In this document: one piece after another, positions 1 to 6,939 of the stretch | Position numbering within the stretch: position 1 is the stretch's first letter | Layout of the letters: each line of letters starts with the position of its first letter | Origin: Bacillota bacterium | GTDB taxonomy: Bacteria; Bacillota; Clostridia; Christensenellales; DTU072 | NCBI GenBank assembly: GCA_044426075.1 | Contig: JAWXUT010000004.1 | Span: 1 to 33,798, forward strand | Direction of reading: 5' to 3' | Length of the DNA stretch: 33,798 nt | The notes under the pieces: generated by a model | Database searches by the model: none | Seen by the model: the letters and a program-made list of their open reading frames with translations, nothing else | Told to the model about the DNA's origin: nothing | Position numbers and translations under genes: made by a program

Positions 1-793
1 GAGCCGTGGGCTTCTAGGTTGCAGACGCCACTGTAATTAATTGCTTTTAGTGCAGAGATTACTGCGTGCCAGTCTATGGTGCCGAGGGTGGGGGCAAGGT
101 GATCATCTTCTACCCTTGTGTTGTCGTGGAGGTGTATCACTTTTAGTTGATTGCCAAGTTCTTTTATAAAGGACACTCCGCTATCTTCGTGTAAAATGTG
201 TGCGTGACCTATGTCTAGACAAGCGCAGTAGTGCGGATTGTTTAATATTTTTAAGGTGCGGTTTACGTGATTTGCGCAACTCATTGTGCAATGTACTATT
301 TTGTTGTGCTCATTTCTGCCATACATATTTTCTATTGCAAGTGTGATGTTGTGCTTTTGTAAATAGGGCAACAAACTGCCGTAAAGTTTGCATCCTTTAT
401 TATATGTTGATCATATAGTGCGGGATCTTGATCTAGCTTGCTACGCTGAGGGTGCACAACTATGTACTTTGCCCCTAAAATTGCAGATGCGTGTATGGCG
501 TTTTGCATAGATTTTAGCATACTTTCATTGTTTTTGCCGTTGTGTGGCTGTGTTGGATAAGGCGCGTGTGTTTGATGCACTTTTATTCCTATATTGTCAG
601 CATATGCGCGTAGGTCGGAAAAATATGCAATTAGGCTGCTTTCATCTTCTGAAAAATACGGACTACTTGTTGTGTATCTGGACACATAATAGTCAACGCA
701 ATTAAAGCCAGTTTCTTTTATAACAGAAAAAAGTTCTTTGTCGTCTAAGTATTTATCTATTCTTGCTGATGTTATTCCCAATGTTGTATCCAT
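1..793 (-). pseudogene. Sugar phosphate isomerase/epimerase (xylose isomerase-like TIM barrel), disrupted by an apparent frameshift; C-terminus runs off the window
   Basis: Track ORF 332..793 (153 aa, ...IGIKVHQTHAPY...AKYIVVHP...) stops at TAG 332-334. A second minus-strand frame, translated by hand, is open from ~410 down to base 1. It reads LYGSLLPYLQKHNITLAIENMYGRNEHNKIVHCTMSCANHVNRTLKILNNPHYCACLDIGHAHILHEDSGVSFIKELGNQLKVIHLHDNTRVEDDHLAPTLGTIDWHAVISALKAINYSGVCNLEAHGS. This is the expected second half of the same barrel (AIEN, CLDIGH, HLHDN..DH, LE motifs). Both frames are open in 335..410, so a single indel there would restore one protein of 260+ aa. Confidence 0.6.
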
Positions 794-898
794 AAAAACA
801 TTTTATCATTTTAATATAATTTTGGCAACAATTTTATACTTAACGCATAGAAAAATAGCTGTTTTTACTAAATTTTCATTTAAATAATATGCTATTGA

Positions 899-927
899 TT
901 GCTAAATTATTGTGTAGATGATATAAT
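899..927 (+). promoter_or_regulatory. Sigma-70-type promoter, probably giving a leaderless transporter mRNA
   Basis: TTGCTA(899-904), 17-nt spacer, TGaTATAAT(919-927). The ATG at 934 starts 7 nt after the -10 hexamer and has no Shine-Dalgarno sequence before it. Confidence 0.45.
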
Positions 928-933
928 GCTTGC

Positions 934-2418
934 ATGCAGTTAAAAAAAGCGAAGGAAAAAACTACAGTCACAACCACCCAAAAGATTAGTATGGGATTTG
1001 GTGATTTAGGATATGGTATGGTTAATAATACCATGTCTAGCTTTATAATGTACTTCGGCACAACTGTAATGGGCGTTAGCGGCACATTAATGGGACTAGC
1101 GGTGGCATCTGGCACTATGTGGGACGCCGTAACTGACCCTATGATTGGTCACGCATCCGACAACGCGCGTTCAAAATACTTCGGCAGAAGGCATCAATTT
1201 ATATTGATAGGAATCATTTTTATGGCACTTGCAAACATAATGCTTTGGTCGGTGCCAGCAGACTTTAGTATGGTTGCAAAGTTCTTTTGGTTCACCATAG
1301 GCATAATCGCGCTGGAAACGTGCCACACTTTGTTTGCTACGCCAAACGCGGCGCTCTCTATTGAAATAAGTAAAAATTATAATGAAAGAAGCAATATTCA
1401 ATCGGTTAAATCGGTTTTTTCTATACTAGGAATCCTTATGCCCACGCTTTTAATGGGTATGTTTCAAAAATCCACAGCAGAATATGCGGACGGCAGATTT
1501 AATCCACAATCTTACCTAAACTTTGCATACTTAACTTCAGCTTGCATAATTTTGTTTGGCACGGTTATGTTTATTGTAACTTACAGCCACGTACCACGCT
1601 TGCGTGAAATTGCCGAACTAGAACGCAGTAAACAGCCTGCAAACAAGCCCAAAGGGTTTAAAGTTATTATGGGTTCGTTTTTCCGTGCCCTAAAAGATAA
1701 AAACTTTAGCAGCGTTATTGTTGGTTATTCAATCGCAATGATGGCTTCAACTATTTTGGTTGCCTATGGATTTAATGCATTTACATTCACATTTAAAACT
1801 TCTGCAACAGAAATGTACATAATTATGGCGGGCTTGTTCATTATGACTATTGCAGGACAACCACTTTGGCTATACATATCAAAAAAATACAACAAAAAAA
1901 CAGCAACTATTGCGGGGCTTGGCATTGCGCTAATTGGCTGCGGAATGCTGTTTGCTATGTTTCTTGCACGTGATTTCTTTAATGGGCTACTTGAGGTTAG
2001 CGCATTTGGAGTGGTTGCTATGATGCCTCCTTTAATCGTTGCTGGTTTGGGTATAGGCGTTATGTTCTCAATGCCATTTGCACTAATTGGTGATGCTATA
2101 GTTGTAGAAAAAGCAGAAACGGGTCAAGATAAAACAGCAACATATACGGGATTTATGACGCTAGCTAACAAAGCAAGCGCTGCTATAAGCTCACTAATTT
2201 TAGGTATACTTTTGGATGCAATGGGCTTTGTTGAGGGTTCAACAGTGCAATCGGAATCGGTTGAAAGCGGACTAGGTTGGATGTTGTGTATTGGTGTAAC
2301 ACTGGCAGTAGCTGGTGGAATGATTGCATTCTCGCGCTATAATGTCAGCCGTGCCGATGTTCAAAAGGCGCTAGACAAGCTTTCTAGCTATGAAACGACC
2401 GACGACGCCACCAAGTAA
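934..2418 (+). CDS. Glycoside-pentoside-hexuronide (GPH) family sugar:cation symporter (MFS superfamily, MelB/YicJ/XynP-like)
   Basis: 494-aa ORF with ~12 hydrophobic segments. N-terminal GFGDLGYGMVNN and WDAVTDPMIGHASDNARSKYFGRR match the GPH signature (D-x-x-T-D-P-x-x-G-x-x-S-D-x-x-x-S-x-x-G-R-R). Confidence 0.85.
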   Translation: MQLKKAKEKTTVTTTQKISMGFGDLGYGMVNNTMSSFIMYFGTTVMGVSGTLMGLAVASGTMWDAVTDPMIGHASDNARSKYFGRRHQFILIGIIFMALANIMLWSVPADFSMVAKFFWFTIGIIALETCHTLFATPNAALSIEISKNYNERSNIQSVKSVFSILGILMPTLLMGMFQKSTAEYADGRFNPQSYLNFAYLTSACIILFGTVMFIVTYSHVPRLREIAELERSKQPANKPKGFKVIMGSFFRALKDKNFSSVIVGYSIAMMASTILVAYGFNAFTFTFKTSATEMYIIMAGLFIMTIAGQPLWLYISKKYNKKTATIAGLGIALIGCGMLFAMFLARDFFNGLLEVSAFGVVAMMPPLIVAGLGIGVMFSMPFALIGDAIVVEKAETGQDKTATYTGFMTLANKASAAISSLILGILLDAMGFVEGSTVQSESVESGLGWMLCIGVTLAVAGGMIAFSRYNVSRADVQKALDKLSSYETTDDATK

Positions 2419-2754
2419 AAAAATTATTTGTGCTGCAACAGAATATAAATTTTTGACAGATTTTATTTTCATACGATTAAATTACAAAGTTTAAATTTTT
2501 ATTTCATAGGTTGGCAAAATTTTATATTCGCCAGTTTGGTATCTAATTCTAGCTATTTTGGTAGCCCGATAAAGAATTTTATGAAAAAGGATAAAATTTG
2601 CATTGCATATTAAATTACATAGCATTTTTGCTATTTACAGTTATATTTATATATTTACACATAAATCTAGCGCATTATTATGAGCAAAAATATCAACCAT
2701 AACACTAAGTTTCACATAAAATTCACAAAATTTTTATAAATTCATAAAAAGCTA

Positions 2755-2783
2755 TTGTGTTTTTTTTAAATTAGATATATAAT
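2755..2783 (+). promoter_or_regulatory. Candidate sigma-70 promoter for the zinc-ribbon/4-TM gene
   Basis: TTGTGT(2755-2760), 17 nt, TATAAT(2778-2783). The region is AT-rich, so chance matches are possible. Confidence 0.35.
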
Positions 2784-2847
2784 AGTAGTATATACTAGTG
2801 TGAAAACTGTTCAGCTAGTGCTTACACCGTTTTCAAGGAGAAATTTT

Positions 2848-3981
2848 ATGGAAAATTGTACAAGTGGTGCACAATTCGAAAATGAAACGCCAGAAGCAGC
2901 AAAATCTATGCTAGCTGAAGCGCAAGCAGCCTTCGACCAAGATGCAAAAGTTAGCGTCGACCGCAACAAGATCACATATGTTTGTGAGCTTTGTGCTTGC
3001 ATCAATTTAATTGATGAACCAAACTGCACCAAGTGCGGCAAACCTCGCCCACGTGCTGAGTTTGTTAATGCATTGCGTTCACTTAGAGATGGTGTTGATG
3101 CAAAAGCTGAGTTAGAAGCTAAGGCGGCAGAAGAGGCAAAACTTGCAGAAGAAGCAAAACTTGCAGAAGAAGCACGACTTGCAGAAGAAGCAGCTAAAGA
3201 AGCAGAGGCTCAAGCTAAAACGGAAGAAGTACAATTCTATCGTTATGAAGGCGCAGCTCCTGTTGTTCAACCACAAGCAGTACATCAACCTTTTGTAATT
3301 GTTCCATATGTTGATACTCATCAAAAATTATATCAATATCAACCAAGGCAAGCATTTCGCTTTGTTCCATACACTCCAGAAGAGTTGGCAGAGCAAGCTG
3401 CTCAACAAGCAGAAATGGATGCTGCAGAGTATTTAGAAATGAAAGCTGCTAACCAACAAGCTAGCAACGCTCAAACAGAAGAGCCTAAATGTTGCGGATT
3501 TAAAAAATCTTTGGTTGCAAGGGCAGTAGGTGCAAAAAATGCGGTTGTTGGCATTGCTACAATAGTATTAATGTTCTTCTTTGCTGTGTTTAGCGCAAAT
3601 GCGGATTCAAAGGGATTAGAAATATTTAAATCATTAGGAAACTGTTTTTCAGCTGCGGGCATTAGCTTAGGTTTTAGTTCAAGTACAGTTGCCTATGTTG
3701 ATTGGACATCTTGGATTGCTCCTATTAGTTATGCACTTATCGCAATTATTTCACTTATAGTTGTTATTGTTGGCGTTAAAAAGCTAATTACTGGCAAAGG
3801 TTGCGGCAAAGGTTGGTTGTTAAATCTATCATCTGTTATCGTAGCACTTGCAATGGGCGCGTTGTTGTACTTCTGTCAAGAGGGCTTTACATTTGCTTCA
3901 TTTGGCATCGGATACTTCATTACTTTAGGCTTGACAGCATTGTCAACACTAATCGCTATCTTTACACCTAGCTGTAAATAA
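2848..3981 (+). CDS. Uncharacterised membrane protein: zinc ribbon + AEEAKL coiled-coil repeat + degenerate S-type Pro/Val/Tyr motif + 4-TM M-type domain
   Basis: The track ORF starts at GTG 2800, but the in-frame ATG 2848 follows AAGGAG (2835-2840) by 7 nt. Zinc ribbon: CELC-x10-CTKC (nt 2983-3036). Coiled-coil repeat: (AEEAKL)n. S-type motif: VVQPQAVHQPFVIVPYVDTHQKLYQYQP and FRFVPYTPEE. Four long hydrophobic helices follow (AVVGIATIVLMFFFAVFSA, WIAPISYALIAIISLIVVIVGV, WLLNLSSVIVALAMGALLYF, FGIGYFITLGLTALSTLIAIF). Confidence 0.8.
   Translation: MENCTSGAQFENETPEAAKSMLAEAQAAFDQDAKVSVDRNKITYVCELCACINLIDEPNCTKCGKPRPRAEFVNALRSLRDGVDAKAELEAKAAEEAKLAEEAKLAEEARLAEEAAKEAEAQAKTEEVQFYRYEGAAPVVQPQAVHQPFVIVPYVDTHQKLYQYQPRQAFRFVPYTPEELAEQAAQQAEMDAAEYLEMKAANQQASNAQTEEPKCCGFKKSLVARAVGAKNAVVGIATIVLMFFFAVFSANADSKGLEIFKSLGNCFSAAGISLGFSSSTVAYVDWTSWIAPISYALIAIISLIVVIVGVKKLITGKGCGKGWLLNLSSVIVALAMGALLYFCQEGFTFASFGIGYFITLGLTALSTLIAIFTPSCK
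3127..3198 (+). repeat. In-frame 18-bp tandem repeat (about 4 units) encoding AEEAKL/AEEARL/AEEAAK
   Basis: gcagaagaggcaaaactt (3127-3144), gcagaagaagcaaaactt (3145-3162), gcagaagaagcacgactt (3163-3180), gcagaagaagcagctaaa (3181-3198). Confidence 0.9.
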
Positions 3982-4002
3982 TTAGAAAAACTTATTTTGA
4001 CT

Positions 4003-4031
4003 AAAGGATTGCATATGCAGTCCTTTTTTTT
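4003..4031 (+). terminator. Rho-independent terminator after the 2848..3981 gene
   Basis: aaaggattgca / tgcagtccttt stem (one G-U pair) with a short central loop, followed by a T8 run (4024-4031). Confidence 0.75.
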
Positions 4032-4063
4032 GCAAAAAAATACAAACTTTTTTATATTTGCTA

Positions 4064-4092
4064 TTGTAATCTGTAATATAATATGATATATT
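4064..4092 (+). promoter_or_regulatory. Candidate extended -10 promoter for the first S-M gene pair
   Basis: TTGTAA(4064-4069), 17 nt, TGaTATATT(4084-4092). Confidence 0.4.
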
Positions 4093-4172
4093 AATATAGT
4101 AGTGTAATTGGGATAATTTATTTATTACTACAAAAAAATGTTTCGCCTTTATGGCAAAAGTGGAGGTTACAT

Positions 4173-4424
4173 ATGTCAAAAAAATCAAAGAAAGCAAAGC
4201 AAGAAGCCTTAGAAGCTGAAGAACAAGCAAAGTTAGCAGCAGAAGCTCAAGCTGCCCCAAAATCGCCAAAAATAAGCTTTAGGGTTATGAATAACTGTGG
4301 CGTTGTTCCAGTAGCAAGACCAGCTGACTTTATCCAATTAACACCTATTGTTCAACCTATACCTTTAGTTCCATATAGCACTCAAGAGCAACCAGTGGCT
4401 CAGTTTGAAGACGAAGAAGAATAA
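4173..4424 (+). CDS. Small S-module protein 1 (83 aa): basic N-terminus, EA/Q-rich helix, conserved Pro/Val-rich core, acidic tail
   Basis: GGAGG (4162-4166) lies 6 nt before the ATG. Sequence: MSKKSKKAKQEALEAEEQAKLAAEAQA...SFRVMNNCGVVPVARPADFIQLTPIVQPIPLVPYSTQEQPVAQFEDEEE. The core is almost identical at protein level to the 5380 gene despite many synonymous DNA differences. Confidence 0.88.
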   Translation: MSKKSKKAKQEALEAEEQAKLAAEAQAAPKSPKISFRVMNNCGVVPVARPADFIQLTPIVQPIPLVPYSTQEQPVAQFEDEEE

Positions 4425-4445
4425 GCGTTTGTGGAGGAATAAGTT

Positions 4446-5135
4446 ATGGACAAATATTATATTGTTGACCCTGCAGAGCAAGCAAAGAACAGCACAAACA
4501 TAATTATTGGCAGCGATTCAATTTATTCTACAGCAATGAACGAGGCATATGCAGCAAGATTTGGCCGTCAAGCAATAAAGTATGCTGAGAAACAAGAAGA
4601 AGAGGTTGTGGCTGAACCTGAAATTACACAAGAAGTGGTTGAAGTAAAAGAAGTGGTAGTTGTTCGCAAAAACAAAGTTGCTATCATTATAACTATGTTA
4701 ACCGCATTGCTTACAATTGCGTTAGCCGTTGCAAGTTATCTAAATATTGAGGGACTTGCAACTTACACAGCTTACTATGCTTCAGCGGGCTTACAAAGTG
4801 CTATTGAAGTGTTTAGTTCGGGGGCAAGTATAACAGTAATATTGATTTATGCACTACTACTAGCATCAATTTTGTTTGCATTACTTACTTTTATTAGAGG
4901 CATCATTTTGTTGGCTTCCAAGAAGAAGAAAAAGTGCGCACTACTATTGCCACTATTGTTTTTAGTGATGATAATCGCAAGTGTAGCTATGTTCGTAATA
5001 GAGTATATGGCTACAACAGATATTATGCTACTCATTAATCCTTTTGAGGCAGATGCAATAGGAATAGCAGCTTATGCCACAATAGCATTTGCGTTAATTG
5101 CATTTATATCATCTTTATTCTCATACAAAAAATAA
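4446..5135 (+). CDS. M-module 4-TM membrane protein (229 aa), partner of S1
   Basis: GGAGGA RBS; 21 nt after the S1 stop. Soluble acidic N-terminus, then TM1 (VAIIITMLTALLTIALAVASYL), TM2, the basic loop SKKKKKC, TM3, TM4, and a basic C-terminus (YKK). Confidence 0.8.
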   Translation: MDKYYIVDPAEQAKNSTNIIIGSDSIYSTAMNEAYAARFGRQAIKYAEKQEEEVVAEPEITQEVVEVKEVVVVRKNKVAIIITMLTALLTIALAVASYLNIEGLATYTAYYASAGLQSAIEVFSSGASITVILIYALLLASILFALLTFIRGIILLASKKKKKCALLLPLLFLVMIIASVAMFVIEYMATTDIMLLINPFEADAIGIAAYATIAFALIAFISSLFSYKK

Positions 5136-5142
5136 TCAAATC

Positions 5143-5172
5143 AAACTGGCTTCCAACGAGGTCAGTTTTTTT
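5143..5172 (+). terminator. Rho-independent terminator after the first S-M pair
   Basis: 8-bp stem aaactggc / gtcagttt (one G-U pair), 10-nt loop, T-run to 5172. Confidence 0.6.
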
Positions 5173-5299
5173 ATGTGCAAAATTTGCGTTATGCAGTCAA
5201 CACTCTCTAGTAAAATAAAAGCAAACAGCAAGTTTGTTTGTTTTGTGAACGAGTTGTGATTAATTATGCTAAAAAATTAAAAAAAATATTGTTTTTATA

Positions 5300-5328
5300 T
5301 TGTAAATCATTAATATATATGTTACTAT
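5300..5328 (+). promoter_or_regulatory. Candidate extended -10 promoter for the second S-M pair
   Basis: TTGTAA(5300-5305), 17 nt, TGtTACTAT(5320-5328). Confidence 0.4.
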
Positions 5329-5379
5329 ATAAGTGCATAAAATAAAATCGCAATTTCCGCGATATATATGGAGGATATA

Positions 5380-5640
5380 ATGTCAAGAAAAAAGAGAAAA
5401 GCAGAAGAAGCAAGACTTGCAGCGGAAGCTCAAGCACAGCAAGAAGCGCAAGCTCAACAAGAGGTACAAGCATACAGAATGCCAAAAACCAGTTTTCGCG
5501 TTATGAATAACTGTGGAGTTGTTCCAGTTGCTAGACCTGCGGATTTTATACAATTGACACCAGTTGTACAACCTATTCCACTTGTTCCATACAGCACTCA
5601 AATGCAGCCTCTAGCTCAATTTGAAGAAGAAGAATATTAA
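5380..5640 (+). CDS. Small S-module protein 2 (86 aa)
   Basis: The track ORF starts at ATG 5368, but that ATG overlaps the GGAGG (5370-5374). ATG 5380 is correctly spaced and gives MSRKKRKAEE..., parallel to MSKKSKKAKQ of S1. C-terminus: SFRVMNNCGVVPVARPADFIQLTPVVQPIPLVPYSTQMQPLAQFEEEEY. Confidence 0.88.
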   Translation: MSRKKRKAEEARLAAEAQAQQEAQAQQEVQAYRMPKTSFRVMNNCGVVPVARPADFIQLTPVVQPIPLVPYSTQMQPLAQFEEEEY

Positions 5641-5742
5641 AAACATATTCATAAGATAATAAAATAGAGATGACTTTTAAGTTCAGTTTTAAACACTAAA
5701 ATAATGTGTTGTAGCTGAAGTGATTTTATAATGGAGGCAAAT

Positions 5743-6600
5743 ATGTATAATATTCAAAATGAACATTATAACTATGATGTAAGTGAAAAGGGTAAGGCAA
5801 CGCCTTATTTTAAAGCATATCTATCTGCTACAAACGAAAGGCCTTTTTATGAGGAACCGGTTGTGCCAGTAGTTGTAGATAACAGAAAAGAGCCTAAGCG
5901 CACATTTTTTGTATTAATGGTGGCGATATTGTCATTGTTAATAGTTGCAGTAGTGGGCTTGAGTTTTATGGGCATAATGCCAGAATACACCGCTTTATTC
6001 GGCCAACAAACAGACGAAATTGTTGGTGAAGAGTATGACGAGCCTGCTGATGAAATAGTTGCAGAAGCAGCTACAGCAGAAGACGTAACAGATGGCTCAG
6101 AAACGGATACAGAAACCGAAGAAGAGAGCGTTGAATATGTGTATGCAAAAATAAGTGCCGATGATATAATAAACAGCACGCTAAAAATGTTGGGCATTAT
6201 TGAAACAGAAGAAGAATTGGTATTTTATTCAGAGTGTTTAGCCAATATCGAATTGGTTGAGACCACAGCGCTTATCGCTTACTATGCATTGCCAGCAGCA
6301 ATTGCTTTAACTGCAATTATAGCGCTTTATATCTTTATCAAATCAATATTTGCTTTGTTTAGCGCAAAGAGACGTAAATTCAGCTATATTTCATTATTGT
6401 TACTATTGGTGAGTTTGCTAGGTATTGTTGCGGGCTTGGTTTGGAATGCAGAACCATTGTCAAGCGTACTATCATTCTTTATGATGTCGGGAACAAATTT
6501 AGTACTTGGATTGGGTTATATAATCGTTATTGTACTAGAAATTTTGCTACTAATATGCTCAATGTTCGCCTATCGTAGCAAGAAGAAGGCAAAATATTAG
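5743..6600 (+). CDS. M-module 4-TM membrane protein (285 aa) with an acidic ecto-loop
   Basis: ATG 5743 follows GGAGG (5733-5737); the track start 5731 overlaps the RBS. TM1 is FFVLMVAILSLLIVAVVGLSFMGIMPEYTALFG, followed by a D/E/T-rich segment, then three more TM helices with the basic loop SAKRRK and the C-terminus RSKKKAKY. Clear paralog of the 6940 gene. Confidence 0.8.
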   Translation: MYNIQNEHYNYDVSEKGKATPYFKAYLSATNERPFYEEPVVPVVVDNRKEPKRTFFVLMVAILSLLIVAVVGLSFMGIMPEYTALFGQQTDEIVGEEYDEPADEIVAEAATAEDVTDGSETDTETEEESVEYVYAKISADDIINSTLKMLGIIETEEELVFYSECLANIELVETTALIAYYALPAAIALTAIIALYIFIKSIFALFSAKRRKFSYISLLLLLVSLLGIVAGLVWNAEPLSSVLSFFMMSGTNLVLGLGYIIVIVLEILLLICSMFAYRSKKKAKY

Positions 6601-6624
6601 TAAAACTTTTAGCGCAAATAGGGT

Positions 6625-6652
6625 GGTGGATTAATTTCCACTTACTCTTTTT
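6625..6652 (+). terminator. Weak candidate terminator after the second S-M pair
   Basis: ggtgga / tccact 6-bp stem (one G-U pair), loop ttaatt. The T-run (6648-6652) sits 5 nt from the stem, which is suboptimal. Confidence 0.3.
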
Positions 6653-6707
6653 GGTGTCTATATGGTAAAAATTGATAATAATTTTTGAACAAATTAGTAA
6701 ATAGCTC

Positions 6708-6736
6708 TTGTAATTTTTTGCGTAGTATGTTAAACT
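6708..6736 (+). promoter_or_regulatory. Candidate extended -10 promoter for the five-gene unit 6940..10525
   Basis: TTGTAA(6708-6713), 17 nt, TGtTAAACT(6728-6736). This would give a 5' UTR of ~200 nt. Confidence 0.35.
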
Positions 6737-6939
6737 ATATAATATTATATTATAAGACGCGGGGAGAAAGCGCACGCAGTGCAATTTCGGTTAGTTAGTG
6801 TAATATATCGGTGTTATTGCTAGTTCGGCTAGCTAAATGCAAAGCATTTGTAGATTTAGTAACTTGTTAGTAAGTCAGTAACACGCAGAATGTACAAGTA
6901 AAAGTTATATTTTAATAATTACAAGTTGAGGGAGAGTCA

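Noticed and set aside
2419-2754. Long AT-rich spacer after the symporter gene, examined for small ORFs, RNA genes and repeats
   Set aside because: Only a 10-codon ORF (2581..2613) without an RBS is present. I found no tRNA-like GTTCGA box, no convincing stem-loops and no repeats, so there is nothing I can support.
2800-2847. Upstream alternative starts suggested by the ORF track: GTG 2800, ATG 5368, ATG 5731, TTG 10562, ATG 14924, GTG 17279, ATG 29052
   Set aside because: In each case a downstream in-frame ATG has a properly spaced Shine-Dalgarno sequence. The upstream start overlaps the RBS, a promoter, a terminator hairpin or the preceding gene. The N-termini from the downstream ATGs match family expectations (L9, RpoB, TsaD, ACP) or the paralogs (MSKKSKK / MSRKKRK).
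3127-3198. 18-bp tandem repeat as a CRISPR array or non-coding satellite
   Set aside because: The units are contiguous with no spacers, in frame, and encode a coiled-coil heptad-like AEEAKL repeat inside a well-supported CDS.
3112-3324. Minus-strand ORF (70 aa, FFCKFCFFCK...)
   Set aside because: It is the antisense reading of the AEEAKL repeat and has no RBS. Its low-complexity sequence is an artefact of the repeat.
6527-6784. 85-aa minus-strand ORF spanning the end of the 5743 gene and the intergenic region
   Set aside because: It has no RBS and overlaps the candidate promoter and terminator of plus-strand units. AT-rich spacers often stay open by chance.
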